Below the pieces are notes generated by a model. The model was not told the origin of the DNA and did not search any database. It saw only the letters and a list, made by a program, of their open reading frames with translations. The position numbers and the translations under genes were made by a program. From assembly GCA_043228905.1 (NCBI GenBank), contig JBHGNT010000007.1, positions 6,324,001 to 6,388,000 of the forward strand: DNA of 64,000 nt, read 5' to 3'. Of the stretch, positions 59,717 through 64,000 are shown one piece after another. The stretch is from Azolla caroliniana. Its lineage: Eukaryota > Plantae > Polypodiophyta. Within the stretch, counting starts at the first letter, position 1; each line of letters starts with the position of its first letter.

Positions 59717-62700
59717 ATGCCCAATACAGAGGATGGAGCAGGAGCAGGAGCAGGAGCAGGAGGAAGGTGGTGGTCTACTTACTGGGAGGCGGTGAGCCGC
59801 AGAGAGGTTGTTGTGACGGTGGCAGCCCTGCTCATCCTCATCCTAACTCTTCTCCTCGGCAAGGTCAATTCCTCACTCGTCCTCATCACCTCCACCGACG
59901 ACTCCCTTCCTTTCCCCGACATTGAAGCAACTTTCTGTAAAACCCTGCTCTTACCCTAAAATTTTTGTTCTTCTTCGTCTGTTGATTTTGATTCAGTATT
60001 AGATTGTGTACACATGGATTGCTTTGAGTCCTTTTGTTGAAGTACTTCTTAGAGTGTATAGACATCAACGTATCTATTTTTCAGGGATCAAAATTCAAGC
60101 AGGTTATGGGGGTTATACTTTTAGAAGATGTTAAGAGTATTGATAACATGAGGTCGTCTTTCAGAGAATCGTGTAGAAGGTACAGGGAATATACTTCTAG
60201 AAGCTATTAGAGTGTATAGATAGTGATTGCTTGTCTAGAATGCCTTTGGGTGTATAGACATCAGTTGTTTGCTTCCAAGAGATTGAGATCTTTGAGGGTG
60301 TAAGTAATGGACATCATTGTTTGATGAGGTTTCCATCCAGTTCTTGTTAGAATTATGATACTAAATCATTAACATTCCAGGGTTCTGAATTTCTTTCATC
60401 ATGAGAGTGAATCTTTTCAGCTCTAGCTTCTCATATGTTTATTGAGAGAAATATTTAGAATTCCTTCATGTCATGTTATCATGAGAGAAATCATTACAAT
60501 TCCAGCTGTTGATGTGTATGACATTAAAATTCCAGTTAAATCACCGAAATTCTGTCATGGGTCATTGAAATTCTAGCAGCTGATGTGATAAGATCTTATT
60601 TAATCTAAGTTCCTGTTCCTAAAAATAATCTTATTCAATTCAATGGATGACATTAATCTTTAGCCTATTCGGCCTATGGCAGGTGTGCATTTATGTCATT
60701 CATAGTAGTGAGTAAACCTCTATAATGATTTCTTTAGGTAGGCATCAACAACACTATTGAGCCTGCAATTTCATGTTTTGAAATTGAAGACACTTGATAC
60801 AGCTGGAAATATTGAAATGATATTCACTATGATTGTCATGTTTACTGCACCTTAAGGTAGGAAACATAGCAATCCAATTACTAAATTTTTCTCTTAAGAC
60901 TGATTAGGAGTCAACATCAAGACTAGACATAGATCACTCATTTGCTTGTAGTTGGCTTTAATATCGACTCCCATCAATGTTATCTGTGCACATGGCACTT
61001 CTGTATTTATGTCCTGATGTCTATCTTATACCTGTTGAGAAGGAAGTTTCTTCATGCACAACCATTATGGCTCAATTCTCTGGAGTCAAATTGTAAGCAT
61101 ACGTGCACCCAATTACAAGTAATTTGAATGATTTTGGGTGTATGGGCTGATAAGATGGTCTCAAGATGTTGCAAATGTGACTGTAAGAAACCAATTTCAA
61201 GATATTTATGAATGCTTGTTACGATTTGGTGAAGGATTAATATATATGTACTCCTTATGCTATGCATCATCGTTTGTTCTCATAGAATTGTCAGGTCACT
61301 TCAATTCAGAGCCGTACTCATTCATGTAAGTTCAGATAGTTTGATATAATCTACAAATTGCTTCAAATAATTCAAATTGCACCAGGGATTGATATTTTAT
61401 AATGTTAAATACACAGCTGCGGCTGTCTGTAATATTTTGGTTTTGTGTTGAATCAAAGTACTTTCCTGTTCAATCCAGATGTTCACGCAACTGTCCTTTT
61501 ATTTGCAGCTTCTACGATCCCGGTGACAGGGATTATCGGGTTGTTGTTTGCAGCAAATCCACGTAATGCTTGTGTGTCCATTGAAGCTTATGATTCAAAA
61601 CAAACCACACTTTCAGGCCTTCTCTTGATTTCCCGGGGGGATTGTGATTTTGTTACAAAGGTACAAAATGCGCAGAATGCTGGGTATGCAGCTGCAATTG
61701 TCTATAATAATGAGGAGGACAGTGACCTTGTAACGAGTAAGTAGGTTGAAGCATGCCAATTGATCAAGTTGAATCACAACAAAATCCGAGCCCCCTTTTT
61801 TTACATACATTTCTGGATTTTATTTTAATTAGTGGTAAATAACATGAACGATATTCTAGAAGATAGCATCAGTAAAATGTATTCTAAGAATTTGAAATCA
61901 CATAAAAGCTTCACAGGTTGGCTTTAGTTCTGATACATCTGGATATCTAATTTTACAAAGGGTTAAATCATTCTCCTTGCCCTGCCAAGGATTTCACTTG
62001 CTGAATACATAGGAATTAGACCATAGCAACTTTTTATATTGGATTTCTTTTTCAAGTTCAAAGGACACTATGTTTCCTAAGAACTGTCTACAGAGCATTG
62101 AGTCTCAATGGACTCAATGCTCCAAAAACAGACCTATCCAAAAACAAGGGTGTAACAGACCTATCCATAATAGTAGATAGGTCTGTTAGATGTTTGAGAG
62201 CTCTTGATAATGTTTCACCAGATTTATACTCTCTTGGGGTGCACGTTTTTTAGAAGAACAATACCTAGAATGGAATATGAAAGAAAGCATATGACAGGCT
62301 GCATGTAGTATTAAACCATCCATCATAATTAATAATGCAACCACATCTCTTTCACTTTCTGTACATTATTTAGTTTCATCATCTCTTTGTATAAGGGCCA
62401 AGGATTGTATAATGGAGGCATAAAATAGAGTACATGTCATTTGATTTAACCATTTCGATAAAATAAGGACTCCCCATTCCAATGAAGAATGTCCTGTACA
62501 CTAGAAAAACTGAAGCAAAGCAATGACCAATTTTTTGCAAGGCTTTGGCTATGCATATTTCTGTGGAAGTCGGGATGTCATCTTTTATAGACAATTTAAT
62601 ATTTTTCAAGCCATTCACGAAAGGCCCTATGGGCTACACCAAATTTCAAACCTTAATCCACTAATGATAGCAAATTACAAGCAAAAATTCTTTCATGGGC

Positions 62701-64000
62701 ACCATGGCTTGGTTTCTGTTCATGGCGTCTCATTAGAACCTCTAAAGATTGGAACAGGTAAAAAGAAAAAGAGGCAAATGCTTTAAAAAATGTGTCATTT
62801 AGGAACTGGGTGTATCATCCCACTTAATGAGTTTATTTTAGATGCATCTATTTGGCTACATAGGCATCAATGAAAAACTATGCTTTCATTCATTCACACC
62901 ACACACACGAAATGTGTAAGCCAAAAGTATTCTGGTCTTGTAAGATATCCATGTCAGTTATTATAGTTATGGTATCAATGTTCAAAATTTAGAAGATATT
63001 AGTCAGTGTATGGAAATGATAGTTTCTCATTCGAGGTTTACATTTTTTATGGTTATATTTTCAGTGTCTGGTAATGGGTATGGCATTGAGATACCTGCGG
63101 TGTTCATATCTAAGGAGGCTGGTGAAATTTTGCTACAATTTGTGGGGGATACAAATGCTCGATTGTATATGCTTCCTGCACTTCAGAATACGTCTTGGTC
63201 AGTGATGGCTGTCTCCTTTGTATCACTACTTGCTGTTTCATCGATTCTTTCAACATTCTTCTTTATTAGGAGGCAGCGGCTTCAACGAGATGGTTCACAG
63301 CATACATATATTGGCTCTTCTAGATTGTCAAAACGGGAACTCAAAGCTCTCACTGTCTCAGTCTATGATAGAAAAGACAATGCTACCTGTGACACCTGTG
63401 CTGTTTGTTTAGAAGAATATGTAGACGGGGAGAAACTACGCGTATTGCCTTGTAGTCATGGTATGAGCAAAATCAACTTCACCTTGTATAATACTATTGG
63501 GTAAAACACCAAAATACCCCTAACTTATTGGATATTCACCATAAAACTCCCTTACCTTTGAAAATTTATTAGAACACGGTACAAATCTATTACATGGATG
63601 GGCATTCTCGTAAGTTCACCTTGTATAATACTATTGGGTAAAACACCAAAATACCCCTAACTTATTGGATATTCACCATAAAACCCCCTTGCCTTTGAAA
63701 ATTTATTAGAACACGGTATAAATCTATTACATGGATGGGCATTCTCGTGAGTATCCAGAAAATTAGTGGTTTTTTGTGTGTGCTACACTGTGCTCTTCCT
63801 TGGATAATAATTTATATTCGTAACTTGTTTTGAGCAGAATTCCATGTTCCATGTATAGACCAGTGGTTGACAACTCGCAAATCCTTTTGCCCAATTTGTA
63901 AAAGAGATGTCCATAGTAAGGATATTGAAAATGTTCCTTCAGAATCAACTCCCCTTCTAGCGTCGTCAAATCAGCTGTCAAGGGTTGCAGCTACATCTTC
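59717..64000 (+). CDS. RMR: Receptor-homology/PA-domain transmembrane RING-H2 protein; exons 59717-59936, 61509-61736, 63065-63460, 63838->64000 (3' end outside window)
   Basis: Hydrophobic signal segment; PA domain LISRGDCDFVTKVQNAQNAGYAAAIVYNN; IPAVFISK; TM segment WSVMAVSFVSLLAVS; RING-H2 CAVCLEEY...LPCSHEFHVPCIDQWL...CPICK; PSESTPLL. Confidence 0.93.
63478..63748. repeat. 137-bp-period tandem duplication in RMR intron 3
   Basis: 63478-63611 is repeated at 63615-63748 with about 3 substitutions. Confidence 0.93.

Overview
Eukaryotic land-plant nuclear DNA, most likely a non-flowering plant such as a fern or lycophyte (inferred from an intact spliced MurC gene and the retroelement types). 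The first 29 kb is a four-level nest of LTR retrotransposons. An internally deleted Ty1/Copia (A, 1623-28867, TSD ATATT) holds a minus-strand Phygy/Selgy-like Gypsy (B, 5790-28425). B holds a minus-strand Athila/Tat-like Gypsy with a ~1000-codon extra ORF (C, 12147-27713, TSD GTCTA). C holds a young, intact chromovirus (D, 21030-26698, TSD TCAAG). The rest of the window has four host genes: a long group-X-type AP2/ERF factor (-), a PNPOx-like split-barrel gene (+, 9 exons), a plastid-type MurC (-, 14 exons) and a PA-TM-RING RMR gene (+, running off the window end). It also has two hAT-type MITEs, a solo LTR and decayed Gypsy remnants. The most unusual signal is in element C, which has no polypurine tract and instead carries a second, inward-facing tRNA-Arg primer-binding-like site next to its other LTR, suggesting tRNA priming of both cDNA strands. 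Other notable signals are Tf1-type self-priming and a -1 frameshift site in D, and a stop codon plus pseudoknot between protease and RT in B. All alignments, splice models and difference counts were done by eye.
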